Assembly (NCBI GenBank): GCA_964357395.1
Contig: CAYHLC010000004.1
Coordinates: 920 to 64,919, forward strand
Direction of reading: 5' to 3'
DNA length: 64,000 bases
From: an uncultured Candidatus Saccharibacteria bacterium
GTDB lineage: Bacteria; Patescibacteriota; Minisyncoccia; Phycocordibacterales; Phycocordibacteraceae
Below are positions 36,942-45,595 of this stretch, in pieces (position 1 is the stretch's first letter; every line of letters begins with the position of its first letter). The notes beneath the pieces were generated by a model, which searched no databases, was not told the origin of the DNA, and was given only the letters and a program-made list of their open reading frames with translations. The position numbers and the translations under genes were made by a program.

Positions 36942-37778
36942 ATGGACTACGAGCTACTCGACACCGGCGGGGAGGAGAAGTTGGAGCGGTATGGGGGTGT
37001 CATTGTGCGTCGCCCCGACCCGCAGGCACTGTGGGAGCGCTCACTGCCAAGTGAGAAGTGGGAGGCTGCCGACGCGACATTCCTCCGGAGAGGTGAGAAG
37101 GGGGACTGGACATTTGGTAAGCAGCTTCCATCGGCATGGCCGATTGAGTTCGGTGGCCTCACGTTTGAGATACGACTTACATCGTTCAAGCACACGGGCA
37201 TATTTCCTGAGCAGCTTGCTAACTGGGAGTGGGTTGCTCCGCATGCAAAAGGGGCGACAGTACTGAACTTGTTTGGGTACACCGGCGGTGCATCGCTCGC
37301 CGCAGCAAAGGCGGGCGCGAGTGTCACTCACATCGATGCCTCCAAGAGTGCTGTGGAGTGGGCACGCAAGAATGCGGAGCTGTCTAACCTATCTAGCGCA
37401 CCTATCCGCTGGATAGTCGAGGACACTATGAAATTCGTTGACCGCGATCTCAAGCGGGGGGCTAAGTATGACGGCATTATCCTGGACCCACCATCTTTCG
37501 GTCACGGACCTGACGGTGAGTTGTGGAAGATCGAGGAGGACTTAGTACCACTGATGCAGAAGTGTCGAGAGCTGCTATCAGACAAGCCGCGGTTCGTCGT
37601 TATGAATGGCTATGCTGCTGGCTACTCGCACCTCGCCTTCGAGCACCTATTGGGGCCAGTACAAAAATTCCACGGGGGATCCGTGGAGGGCGGGGAGCTA
37701 ACACTGCAGGAGACTGGACCGCTTATGCGCCTCCTCCCGTGTGGAATTTACGCCAGATGGTCCTCAAGTACACCATAA
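36942..37778 (+). CDS. SAM-dependent methyltransferase (RlmI/RlmK-like)
   Basis: HTGIFPEQ, LNLFGYTGG, ILDPPSF. Confidence 0.88.
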   Translation: MDYELLDTGGEEKLERYGGVIVRRPDPQALWERSLPSEKWEAADATFLRRGEKGDWTFGKQLPSAWPIEFGGLTFEIRLTSFKHTGIFPEQLANWEWVAPHAKGATVLNLFGYTGGASLAAAKAGASVTHIDASKSAVEWARKNAELSNLSSAPIRWIVEDTMKFVDRDLKRGAKYDGIILDPPSFGHGPDGELWKIEEDLVPLMQKCRELLSDKPRFVVMNGYAAGYSHLAFEHLLGPVQKFHGGSVEGGELTLQETGPLMRLLPCGIYARWSSSTP

Positions 37779-38283
37779 GGAGGATTAGGAAGAGGAAGAG
37801 TGCAAAGGACATAAACGGGAAGGTCACAAAGCCCCACATCACGAATGTCGGCTCTGCGCAGTCAATCGGGTTGCCACTAGCTGGGCACGGGAGGAAGTCG
37901 AGGCCGCCCATCTGTATGTAGTGATGATAGAGCGCAACAAGTGCACCGAGCGCTGAAAGTGCGATGGAGTAGAGCGCAGCACGCTGGTCGCGGATGATAG
38001 CGGCAATCAGCAGTATGACTACTTGCGGGTAGAGGAACACTCGCTGCACCCAGCAGAGCGCGCACGGTGCTTGACCGAGGACCTCTGAGTAGTAGAGCGT
38101 AACCGCGCTCGCAGCTGCCGCGAGCAAGAATGCGAGCCAGAGTCCGTATGAGCTGAAGAGTCGCTCTTTCCATGCGGGTACCAATGATGGCAGAGCAATC
38201 GCGAGCAGTAGTCCGAAGCAGCCCAGCACCAATACGACTGTTCCGTATGAGGCAAGTAGGTTGGTGAGCTCGAGGCCGGGCAT
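37723..38283 (-). CDS. Disulfide bond formation protein DsbB/BdbC
   Basis: PCALCWVQR...YP, second Cys pair, four TMs. Confidence 0.9.
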   Translation of the reverse strand: MPGLELTNLLASYGTVVLVLGCFGLLLAIALPSLVPAWKERLFSSYGLWLAFLLAAAASAVTLYYSEVLGQAPCALCWVQRVFLYPQVVILLIAAIIRDQRAALYSIALSALGALVALYHHYIQMGGLDFLPCPASGNPIDCAEPTFVMWGFVTFPFMSFALFLFLILLMVYLRTIWRKFHTGGGA

Positions 38284-38285
38284 GA

Positions 38286-38678
38286 CTAGATAGGGAGTGC
38301 GCAGCTGGTCTTCTCAGCGAGTGTCGCAAGCGGGATCTCGCCGGTCGAGGTCGAGTGGTCAGCAAATACCCACGTTGGGTAGTTGTTGATACCGAGGTTC
38401 TGGCAGGCAGGAAGCTGACTGTTGCCGTCTGGGGTCGAGCACTCTATGTATGGCAACTTGTCTACAGCGTCTCCGAACATCTCTTTCTGTGCCTTGCAGT
38501 GCGGGCACCACCACGCGCCAAAGAAGGTGGCACCGGAGTCCTTGATACAGGTAGCGAGTTCGGTGTACTTGCCAGCGGGGACATCGGTAGCAATTTCGGT
38601 TGTTGGTGCGAAGACAAAGATGCCTATTGCGGCGACGATAAGGACGCCAACGACACCCAATATGATTTTCTGTTCCAT
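38286..38678 (-). CDS. Membrane-anchored thioredoxin-like protein
   Basis: GAWWCPHC..QK, IEC...C....YPTW. Confidence 0.88.
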   Translation of the reverse strand: MEQKIILGVVGVLIVAAIGIFVFAPTTEIATDVPAGKYTELATCIKDSGATFFGAWWCPHCKAQKEMFGDAVDKLPYIECSTPDGNSQLPACQNLGINNYPTWVFADHSTSTGEIPLATLAEKTSCALPI

Positions 38679-38701
38679 GGCAGCTAGTGTACCATAACGA
38701 C

Positions 38702-39712
38702 ATGAGTTTTTGGGATACCTTGCAGAAGCCGATTTTTGCGCTTGCGCCACTTGCGGACGTGACTGACGCGGCGTTCCGTCGCCTCATTGCCAAGTACTCC
38801 AAACTGAGTGAGATCGGATCTCACTCAGTGCCGTACATCACCTGGACCGAGTTCGTCTCCGCCGACGGCCTCGCGCTCGCGCCCGAGGAGGGGAGGAAGA
38901 AGTTGCTTGCAGACCTTATATATACCGAAGCAGAGCGGCCCATCATCGCGCAGTTCTTTAGTGCATCGCCAAAGAATATGGAGCACGCAGCAGCGCTTGC
39001 GCGAGAACTTGGCTTCGATGGCGTCGACATCAATATGGGCTGCCCGGACAAGAGTATAGAGAAGCAGGGTGCGGGCGCCGCACATATTAAGAATCCAGGA
39101 CTCGCGCAGGAGGTGATAGCAGCAGCTAAGCAGGGTGCGGGCGACTTGCCGGTATCGGTTAAGACTCGCCTCGGATACAACAAAGACGAGTTAGATGAGT
39201 GGCTACCCAAGCTGCTCGCGGCCAAGCCCGCCGCTGTTACTATCCATGCACGAACGCGCAAGGAGATGTCGCTGGTCCCTGCCCGTTGGGAGCGAGTCGC
39301 CCGCGCCGTGGAGATCAGGAATGAACAGAGCTCGGACGCACTCATCCTAGGCAATGGCGACCTGAAAGATGTTGCAGACGCGACGGCCAAAGTTGCAGAG
39401 TCAGGGGCAGATGGCGCCATGCTTGGCCGCGCCATCTTTGGTAACCCGTGGCTGTTTTCTGAGCGAGGTCCGACCTCACTCAGAGAGAGGTTGGAGGTTA
39501 TGGTTGAGCATACAAAGCTCTATGAGGAACTGCTCATGCACCCCTCGAGCGGCCTCGGGGCAGGCAAGAGCTTTTCCATAATGAAAAAGCACTACAAAGC
39601 CTACGTCTCTGGCTTCGATGGCGCCGCCGAACTCCGCGCAGAGCTGATGAATGCGAAGGACGCTCGTGAGGTCGAAGTGGTAGTGGAGGCATACTTGACA
39701 AAATCACATTAA
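38702..39712 (+). CDS. tRNA-dihydrouridine synthase
   Basis: LAPLA.VTD..FR, DINMGCP, SVKTRLG, HARTR, GNGD. Confidence 0.95.
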   Translation: MSFWDTLQKPIFALAPLADVTDAAFRRLIAKYSKLSEIGSHSVPYITWTEFVSADGLALAPEEGRKKLLADLIYTEAERPIIAQFFSASPKNMEHAAALARELGFDGVDINMGCPDKSIEKQGAGAAHIKNPGLAQEVIAAAKQGAGDLPVSVKTRLGYNKDELDEWLPKLLAAKPAAVTIHARTRKEMSLVPARWERVARAVEIRNEQSSDALILGNGDLKDVADATAKVAESGADGAMLGRAIFGNPWLFSERGPTSLRERLEVMVEHTKLYEELLMHPSSGLGAGKSFSIMKKHYKAYVSGFDGAAELRAELMNAKDAREVEVVVEAYLTKSH

Positions 39713-39751
39713 AGTGTAGTATACTCATTGTTACAATTTATATACCGAGAC

Positions 39752-39994
39752 ATGTCATTTAACTACGCAAAAGAGGTTTCGAAGAGAAAGACAGCCACGT
39801 GGGGTATGGCGATTATCGCCGCCGCGGTGCTTGGTGCGAATGTGCTTGCTGGTTTTGATTCAGAGGCAATCGATCCAGAAGTGCTCAATAAGGGTAGCGT
39901 TCTTGGCTTAGTGCTCGCTGTGTTACTTGGCATAAAAGCGTCAGTCCATAACATTAAAATCCGCTCGTGGGTGTTTGGTGGGCATAGAAATTAG
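39752..39994 (+). CDS. Small two-TM membrane protein
   Basis: Two hydrophobic helices; TTGACA promoter upstream, terminator downstream. Confidence 0.7.
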   Translation: MSFNYAKEVSKRKTATWGMAIIAAAVLGANVLAGFDSEAIDPEVLNKGSVLGLVLAVLLGIKASVHNIKIRSWVFGGHRN

Positions 39995-40001
39995 GTAAGC
40001 C

Positions 40002-40028
40002 AAAACCGCCCCAATGGGGCGGTTTTTT
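40002..40028 (+). terminator. Intrinsic terminator
   Basis: AAAACCGCCCC-AAT-GGGGCGGTTTTTT. Confidence 0.85.
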
Positions 40029-40104
40029 GTTTTGGGGATAAGTGGCTTACTTCGCACACCGCACTTTCTTGACAGCGCGTACTGTCGGGAGTAGCTTGTG
40101 AGCT

Positions 40105-40272
40105 ATGGTAGAAACTGAGAGGCATCCAAAAGCAGAAGAGGTAGTCCCAACAGAGCCGAGTTATGCAATTCCGAGAGCAATTTTTCTTGCGGGACTTCTG
40201 GGAGTGGAAGAGGTGATGATCAATGGATTTGGCCTTGGGACACTAGTTACCATGGCCGCGGGATCATTTTAA
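40105..40272 (+). CDS. 55-aa small membrane protein (below the ORF-track cutoff)
   Basis: MVETERHPKAEE...AIFLAGLLGVEEVMINGFGLGTLVTMAAGSF; TTGACA-17-TAGCTT promoter directly upstream. Confidence 0.55.
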   Translation: MVETERHPKAEEVVPTEPSYAIPRAIFLAGLLGVEEVMINGFGLGTLVTMAAGSF

Positions 40273-40323
40273 GTGGATAACGTTCTTGTAGTTAATGCGG
40301 GGGTGCTACATTGCTCCTAACGT

Positions 40324-40407
40324 ATGAAGTACTTACACAAACTAAAGTACTCCATGCGGGTCGCATTTCTAATCCCTCTCTCGAGGGATTTTTTATTACT
40401 AACCTAA
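40324..40407 (+). promoter_or_regulatory. Leader peptide ORF overlapping an attenuator hairpin upstream of the pyrE operon
   Basis: MKYLHKLKYSMRVAFLIPLSRDFLLLT*; AATCCCTC-TCTC-GAGGGATT-TTTT at 40371-40394. Confidence 0.55.
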
Positions 40408-40410
40408 AAT

Positions 40411-40548
40411 ATGACACTCTTCACAGACCCCATCGACCCAAACGACTCAGTCCCTAGGCAGGACCACAGTGGAGCAGAATTACTTGTTGATTGCATGCTC
40501 GGTATGGCGGCGCTCTTCGCTGCGATTTGGGCGGCTAGCAGCGTATGA
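40411..40548 (+). CDS. 45-aa small protein with C-terminal hydrophobic helix
   Basis: ATGA overlap with the next ORF. Confidence 0.55.
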   Translation: MTLFTDPIDPNDSVPRQDHSGAELLVDCMLGMAALFAAIWAASSV

Positions 40549-40772
40549 GTTTATTCGAAGTAGGCAAGCGGCTGATCCTCCGTGGTCCTACATCAAAGGA
40601 GGACAAGCCGGACGTTGACGGGACTATAGTTGGTAGGAACGAGCACGGGCTCCTCTTGGTGCAGGAATCGGGGCGGGACAAGCCCACGCCAGTCAACATT
40701 CATGGCGGGTGGACCTTCATCACCGTCGCTACAGTTGCATTAGTTGTTGTAGCGCTCGCCCGCGCGGCATAA
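40545..40772 (+). CDS. Small protein with C-terminal TM
   Basis: Small beta-rich domain plus hydrophobic tail; 2 nt before pyrE. Confidence 0.6.
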   Translation: MSLFEVGKRLILRGPTSKEDKPDVDGTIVGRNEHGLLLVQESGRDKPTPVNIHGGWTFITVATVALVVVALARAA

Positions 40773-40774
40773 GT

Positions 40775-41473
40775 ATGCAGAAACTAGAACTGCAGCAGCC
40801 TAGGTCCACGATCGAGAGTAGCCAGGAGCTCGTGCGGTTTCGGGCGGCGCACGCACTCTACGACGCAGGTTGCGTCAGCTTCCATTTCGAGAGCGGCATC
40901 GAGCACAGGTCCGGGATACAAGCGCCGATATACATTAATGTACGGCAGGTGATGGGCAACCCAAGCGCGTACGCTGAGATGCGCGGGCTGCTGTACCAGT
41001 ATGCGCTCGCAGTGGATCTGAAACCAGACGTCATCCTCGGAGTTGCTACCGGCGGGCAGTGGGTGTCCCAAGTCCTTGCGGAATTCCTGCTCCTCCCATT
41101 CGGGTTTGTACGACCCACTGCCAAAGATCATGGGCAGAAGAAGCAGGTCGAAGGCTGCGATGTGTGGGGCAAGGAGGTCTTGGTAGTCGAGGATGTGGTC
41201 AACCTCGGTACCTCATCCTTGCCGGCGGTCGAGGCGGTGCGGAAGGAGGGCGGGGTGGTGTCAGAAGTGCTGGCGATTGTGACCTACGGCTACACCAAAA
41301 CCATAGAGCAGTTCGCCGAGGCGGGCCTGAGACTAAGAACGCTAACCACTATCCCCGACATAGTGGAGGTGGGGGTCGCTCGCGGCGTCGCCCGCGGTGG
41401 GTTGTCGCGCGCCGACGCCGACAAGGTCCTGCAGTGGCTCGCGGAGCAGGATGCAAATAACAAAAATGTATGA
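40775..41473 (+). CDS. pyrE: Orotate phosphoribosyltransferase
   Basis: SG..AP.Y...R, VR...KDHG....VEG, VLVVEDVVNLGTS. Confidence 0.9.
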   Translation: MQKLELQQPRSTIESSQELVRFRAAHALYDAGCVSFHFESGIEHRSGIQAPIYINVRQVMGNPSAYAEMRGLLYQYALAVDLKPDVILGVATGGQWVSQVLAEFLLLPFGFVRPTAKDHGQKKQVEGCDVWGKEVLVVEDVVNLGTSSLPAVEAVRKEGGVVSEVLAIVTYGYTKTIEQFAEAGLRLRTLTTIPDIVEVGVARGVARGGLSRADADKVLQWLAEQDANNKNV

Positions 41474-41487
41474 TTACATGAGCACCG

Positions 41488-41670
41488 ATGGCACAGCGAC
41501 TTGAGGAGTACCCCCATAACCCCGACCTCACCGTAGGCCAGCAGATCGAGCTTCGTGAGGCGATAGACACTGCGCGAGGAAAGATGTACCGAGCCAAAAC
41601 ACGTGAGCAGGCATTGCTTTGGGGCTTTCTTGCCACCTTTCTAGTTGGTGTTTTGGGCTACCACTACTAG
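41488..41670 (+). CDS. Small C-terminally anchored protein
   Basis: Charged helix followed by LLWGFLATFLVGVLGY. Confidence 0.6.
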   Translation: MAQRLEEYPHNPDLTVGQQIELREAIDTARGKMYRAKTREQALLWGFLATFLVGVLGYHY

Positions 41671-41707
41671 TAACGCTCAGATTTTTGGTTTGCTATAGTT
41701 AGGTGCA

Positions 41708-42736
41708 ATGGCAGAGCTCGCTCTCTATCGGAAGTACCGACCAGCATCCTTTAAGGACGTGGTGGGGCAGGACCATGTGGTCAAGGCCCTGCAAGGCGCC
41801 CTTAAGGAGGGTAACGCCCAGCATGCATACCTCTTCTTTGGCTCCCGTGGGACAGGCAAGACGTCTGTCGCGCGCATCTTTGGGAGGGAGCTTGGGGCAT
41901 CGGAAGCGGACATCCACGAGATAGACGCTGCTACCTATACCGGCGTCGACAATATCCGAGCCCTCCGCGAGGAGGCCGCCGTCATGCCGTTCGAGTCCAA
42001 GGTCAAGGTGTACATCGTCGACGAGGTGCACATGCTCTCCAAAGGAGCCTTCAATGCTTTTCTTAAATTATTGGAGGAACCACCATCCCACGTCACGTTT
42101 ATTCTTGCGACAACTGAGTTAGAGAAGGTCCCGGACACTATCCAGTCGCGCTGCCAGGTCTTCACCTTCAAAAAGCCAACGGCAAAAGCCCTAGCCGAAA
42201 CCGTGACAGCGGTAGCGAAGGCAGAGGGCTTTACTATTGAAAAAGCGTCAGCGGAGCTGATAGCGCTCCTTGCGGACGGATCGTTCCGCGACTCACAGTC
42301 CATTTTGCAGAAAATTCTTTCCGCTTCTTCTGACAAGAAGGTGAGTATCGAGGAGGTAGTACTCGTAACTGGTGCGCCACGCTCGGAGATTATCGAGCGC
42401 ATTATTGCAGGGCTCAATATAGGGAAGGCCGATGGAGCATTGACGGCGGTAGGCGAGGCAGTGAAGGCTGCCTCGGATATGGCGGTCCTCCTCATGATAC
42501 TCATCGACCGGGTGCGGATGCTCCTTATGCTCCGCTACGCCCCCGCGCTTGGCGCCGAGATGATAGCGGACCTGACCGACACAGACCAGAAGTTCTTGAC
42601 TGATCTTGCCAAGGACGCAGCGTCCAAGATCAATTCAGAAACACTGCGCAAGCTCCTCGTAGCAAATATCGAGACCACCCGCTCGCCCGTGCCCCAGTTG
42701 CCCCTCGAGTTGGCAATAATGGAACTCGCTGTGTAG
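41708..42736 (+). CDS. dnaX: DNA polymerase III subunit gamma/tau (short form)
   Basis: LYRKYRP..F..VVGQ, G.RGTGKT, DEVHMLS, TIQSRC. Confidence 0.97.
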   Translation: MAELALYRKYRPASFKDVVGQDHVVKALQGALKEGNAQHAYLFFGSRGTGKTSVARIFGRELGASEADIHEIDAATYTGVDNIRALREEAAVMPFESKVKVYIVDEVHMLSKGAFNAFLKLLEEPPSHVTFILATTELEKVPDTIQSRCQVFTFKKPTAKALAETVTAVAKAEGFTIEKASAELIALLADGSFRDSQSILQKILSASSDKKVSIEEVVLVTGAPRSEIIERIIAGLNIGKADGALTAVGEAVKAASDMAVLLMILIDRVRMLLMLRYAPALGAEMIADLTDTDQKFLTDLAKDAASKINSETLRKLLVANIETTRSPVPQLPLELAIMELAV

Positions 42737-42801
42737 TGTCAGAATCGCGCACTGTATACGTTATATACTTAGGGCATAGCCCTTTAGCAGTTATATATCT
42801 T

Positions 42802-43470
42802 ATGAAAACACTAGTACTCGCAACTCTTTTAGCAATCGCAGTTTTTCCAGTCTCAGCTGGGGCAGTCTCGCTCTACGGCGAGACGAAGACCACGGCCGAG
42901 GTTGAGGTTATCAATGTCCAAGTCGGAGCAACCACTACTGTGGAGACCGGCTCGTCAGGCTCGACCAAGGTCGAGACTCCAAGCGGAACCGTAGTAGAGG
43001 TCGACCGAAGCGGCGATCAAAAGGCAGTAGTCACCGTTATGCATAAAGAGGGCGCCGAGGCAGATGCTGCAAAGGCGGCTATCGAGGCAGTCGTAAAGAT
43101 GAACGGCAATGTCCGGGCTGTCGATATCGACGCTGACGGCACAGTCGATGTGGCCTATGTCCACAAGGGTTGGCTATTCGGATTTATCCCCGTATCCATC
43201 ACTTCGCAGACTTCAATTAACGCAGCTGCAGCAGGGTCTGAGCGCGTTATGGTTAAGCTCCCTTGGTGGAAGGCCTTTGTGAGTGGACTGGCCGGCCTGG
43301 AGGTCGATGCCGAGCAGTCGATAGATGCTGACGCGACGATCCAGGCAAACGCCAAGGTCGATGCAAATGCAGAGGCACATGCTCGCCTCGTCGAGGCCAT
43401 TGTCTCGTCCCTCGCAACTGTCGACGCCAAGATCAAGGCCTCGTACGACTTGAAGGCAAACACGAAATAA
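42802..43470 (+). CDS. Secreted surface protein (LFGFIP...PWW family) with Hcp-like C-terminal tail
   Basis: Signal peptide; WLFGFIPV, V.LPWW; ends KASYDLKANTK. Confidence 0.8.
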   Translation: MKTLVLATLLAIAVFPVSAGAVSLYGETKTTAEVEVINVQVGATTTVETGSSGSTKVETPSGTVVEVDRSGDQKAVVTVMHKEGAEADAAKAAIEAVVKMNGNVRAVDIDADGTVDVAYVHKGWLFGFIPVSITSQTSINAAAAGSERVMVKLPWWKAFVSGLAGLEVDAEQSIDADATIQANAKVDANAEAHARLVEAIVSSLATVDAKIKASYDLKANTK

Positions 43471-43636
43471 CGGAAATAGCTTGTAACAGCGCGAGCGGTA
43501 GCTCGTTAGAGTAAGCGTGGCTTGGGTAACCTCGTCACGCTTATTACTTACTTACACAATTGTCTATGAAAATGCTTTATCAAATTCCGCTGACCTGTTA
43601 GACAGTATTCCGAAGAGCGCCCCAGAGGGCGCTTTT
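43471..43636 (+). ncRNA. Candidate structured ncRNA (6S-like rod) with terminator
   Basis: Nested pairings CGGAAATA/TATTCCG, TAACAG/CTGTTA, AGCGG/CCGCT, TAAGCGTGGC/GTCACGCTTA; terminator 43613-43636. Confidence 0.4.
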
Positions 43637-43646
43637 CTCTTATACC

Positions 43647-43670
43647 CTAATTCGCGCGAATAAGAGAATA
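43647..43670. promoter_or_regulatory. 24-bp repeat copy 1 (putative ArsR operator)
   Basis: CTAATTCGCGCGAATAAGAGAATA with palindromic core ATTCGCGCGAAT, adjacent to -10 TATAGT (43674). Confidence 0.7.
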
Positions 43671-43685
43671 GGGTATAGTGTGCGT

Positions 43686-43952
43686 ATGGCTACCGACAAA
43701 GAGTCAGAGCGCACGTATAAGGCAGTTGCCAACCGGCGTCGCATCGCGATCCTCCGTCACCTGCACTCTGGCGGCGCAACGGTGGGCGAGTTGGCCAGGG
43801 CAATCCGCCTCTCAGTCAAGGCAACTTCGAAGCATATGCAGATCCTTGCTGCGAGCGGTTTTGTCCAGTCGGAACAGCAAGGTTTGTATGTTCACTACTC
43901 GCTTGGTGCGCACTCCGAGACTCAACGTATCCTGAAGAATCTCTTCCACTAG
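43686..43952 (+). CDS. ArsR/SmtB-family transcriptional regulator
   Basis: KA.AN.RR..IL..L, TVGELA..I.LS..ATSKH...L...G.V. Confidence 0.9.
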   Translation: MATDKESERTYKAVANRRRIAILRHLHSGGATVGELARAIRLSVKATSKHMQILAASGFVQSEQQGLYVHYSLGAHSETQRILKNLFH

Positions 43953-43969
43953 CGTACCCTGTTCACTCT

Positions 43970-43993
43970 CTAATTCGCGCGAATAAGAGAATA
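43970..43993. promoter_or_regulatory. 24-bp repeat copy 2 (putative ArsR operator) upstream of tRNA-Gln
   Basis: Identical to 43647-43670. Confidence 0.7.
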
Positions 43994-44033
43994 TAGGGAT
44001 TGGCTGCCGGGACGTGGTATATTCATGTCGTAT

Positions 44034-44104
44034 TGGGGGATCGTCTAACGGTAGGACAGCGGCCTTTGAAGCCGTTAATTGGGGTTCGATTCCCTGTCCC
44101 CCAG
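44034..44104 (+). tRNA. tRNA-Gln (TTG)
   Basis: Acceptor TGGGGGA/TCCCCCA, anticodon arm GCGGC-CT-TTG-AA-GCCGT, GGTTCGATTCC T-arm; CCA not encoded. Confidence 0.96.
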
Positions 44105-44106
44105 CT

Positions 44107-44229
44107 ATGAAAGTCAGTTTCCAGTTCCTTTGGTACGACTTTTGGGTAGGGTGGTACTACGACCGCGCGAACAAGGTTCTTTACATATGCCCACTGCCCA
44201 TGTGTGTAATCAAAATATGGCGAGCATAA
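44107..44229 (+). CDS. 40-aa aromatic-rich small protein
   Basis: MKVSFQFLWYDFWVGWYYDRANKVLYICPLPMCVIKIWRA. Confidence 0.6.
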   Translation: MKVSFQFLWYDFWVGWYYDRANKVLYICPLPMCVIKIWRA

Positions 44230-44471
44230 AAGAACTGTTGATGCGGGAGTGGGAGGTAGCGCTGCATGCACAGAGCTTGGAGTTCCGGCTCGCCAAGTAC
44301 ATTATCCTTACCGGCTTCATAGGTTTTGTGTACTGGCTCGGCGGGTGGAGCGCTACGTGGCAGACGCTCGTAATCCTACTCGTCGTAGCGCTTTTCGTAC
44401 ATTTCTTTTACCGCTATATGACAAATGCCTGGAGCAGGGCGTGGGGCGGCTACACACCTCGCATCAAATAA
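44217..44471 (+). CDS. Small two-TM membrane protein
   Basis: Q...FR..KY, two TMs, HFFYRY.T..W...WGG. Confidence 0.75.
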   Translation: MASIKELLMREWEVALHAQSLEFRLAKYIILTGFIGFVYWLGGWSATWQTLVILLVVALFVHFFYRYMTNAWSRAWGGYTPRIK

Positions 44472-44493
44472 CTCGGAGAGATATACTGCAGGC

Positions 44494-45138
44494 ATGAAGA
44501 TAACAAAGTTCGGACACTCGTGTTTGTTGATCGAAGAGAGTGGGGTACACCTGCTCACCGACCCAGGCTCGATGAACGAGGTGCCTGCGCCCGCGAAGCT
44601 GGATGCGATACTCATAACCCACGAGCATCAAGACCACTTCGACATCGACAAGATCAAGGCGCTCGTCGCTCTACACCCAGGCGTCGTCCTCATTACGCAC
44701 CCAGCTGTGGGCGCTAAGCTCGAGGAGGCAGGGCTCGCATACACACCTATAGAGCCTGGCGCAGCGGTCGAGGTTGGGGGAGTAACCGTCGAGAGCTATG
44801 GCACCGACCACGCCATTATTTATGGCGACACACCGCCGTGCCGCAACACCGGATACCTCATCGCAAATCGGCTGTTCATGCCGGGCGACGCGCTCCATGA
44901 TGTACCAGGGAAGCCGGTCGAGATACTGGCGCTCCCCACCGGTGGCCCGTGGATGAAGATGTCAGAAGCTGTCGACTATGCGAAGAGGGTACTGCCGAAA
45001 GTCGCCTTTCCGATTCATGACGCGATGTACAGTGACGACTATCGGCAGCGGGCGGTGCCGCGATGGATGGGCAACTTTCTGCCACCCGAGGTAACCTTCA
45101 AGAACCTGCTCCCGGGCGAAAGCGTCGACTTGGTATAA
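44494..45138 (+). CDS. MBL-fold metallo-hydrolase
   Basis: GHSC, DPG, THEHQDH, PGD, PIHD. Confidence 0.92.
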   Translation: MKITKFGHSCLLIEESGVHLLTDPGSMNEVPAPAKLDAILITHEHQDHFDIDKIKALVALHPGVVLITHPAVGAKLEEAGLAYTPIEPGAAVEVGGVTVESYGTDHAIIYGDTPPCRNTGYLIANRLFMPGDALHDVPGKPVEILALPTGGPWMKMSEAVDYAKRVLPKVAFPIHDAMYSDDYRQRAVPRWMGNFLPPEVTFKNLLPGESVDLV

Positions 45139-45145
45139 TAGAAAC

Positions 45146-45589
45146 ATGAACAAGTACCTATGGGCAGCGGTCGCTATTGTGGTGATTATTGGGCTCTACA
45201 TATGGCTCCGGCCCGAGGCCTCGACTCCAACATCGCAGCCGGTGCAGTCCGAGCTCGTCGGTACTAGCTGGGAGTGGGAGTACGCTTTGTATAATGACGG
45301 GAGGGAGGTGCGGCCAGATGAGCCTGGGTCGTTCGTACTCACGTTCGCCGGCGACGGCCGATTCAGCGCAAAGACTGACTGCAACACTATGGGTGGCGCG
45401 TATGTCGCGGACCAAGTCGGCGTCACCTTCAACAGCATCGTATCGACCCTGATGTTTTGTGAGGGGTCGCAAGAAACTGAGTTCGTACAGCTTCTGGAGG
45501 GGACTGGCGGGCACCACTTTGGCCCCGAAGGCGAGCTCATCCTCGACCTGAAGTTCGACTCCGGTTCCGCAGTATTCCGCCCTAAATAA
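45146..45589 (+). CDS. META (HslJ-like) domain protein
   Basis: L.GT.W, DCN...G.Y, STLM.C. Confidence 0.85.
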   Translation: MNKYLWAAVAIVVIIGLYIWLRPEASTPTSQPVQSELVGTSWEWEYALYNDGREVRPDEPGSFVLTFAGDGRFSAKTDCNTMGGAYVADQVGVTFNSIVSTLMFCEGSQETEFVQLLEGTGGHHFGPEGELILDLKFDSGSAVFRPK

Positions 45590-45595
45590 TCCGCA

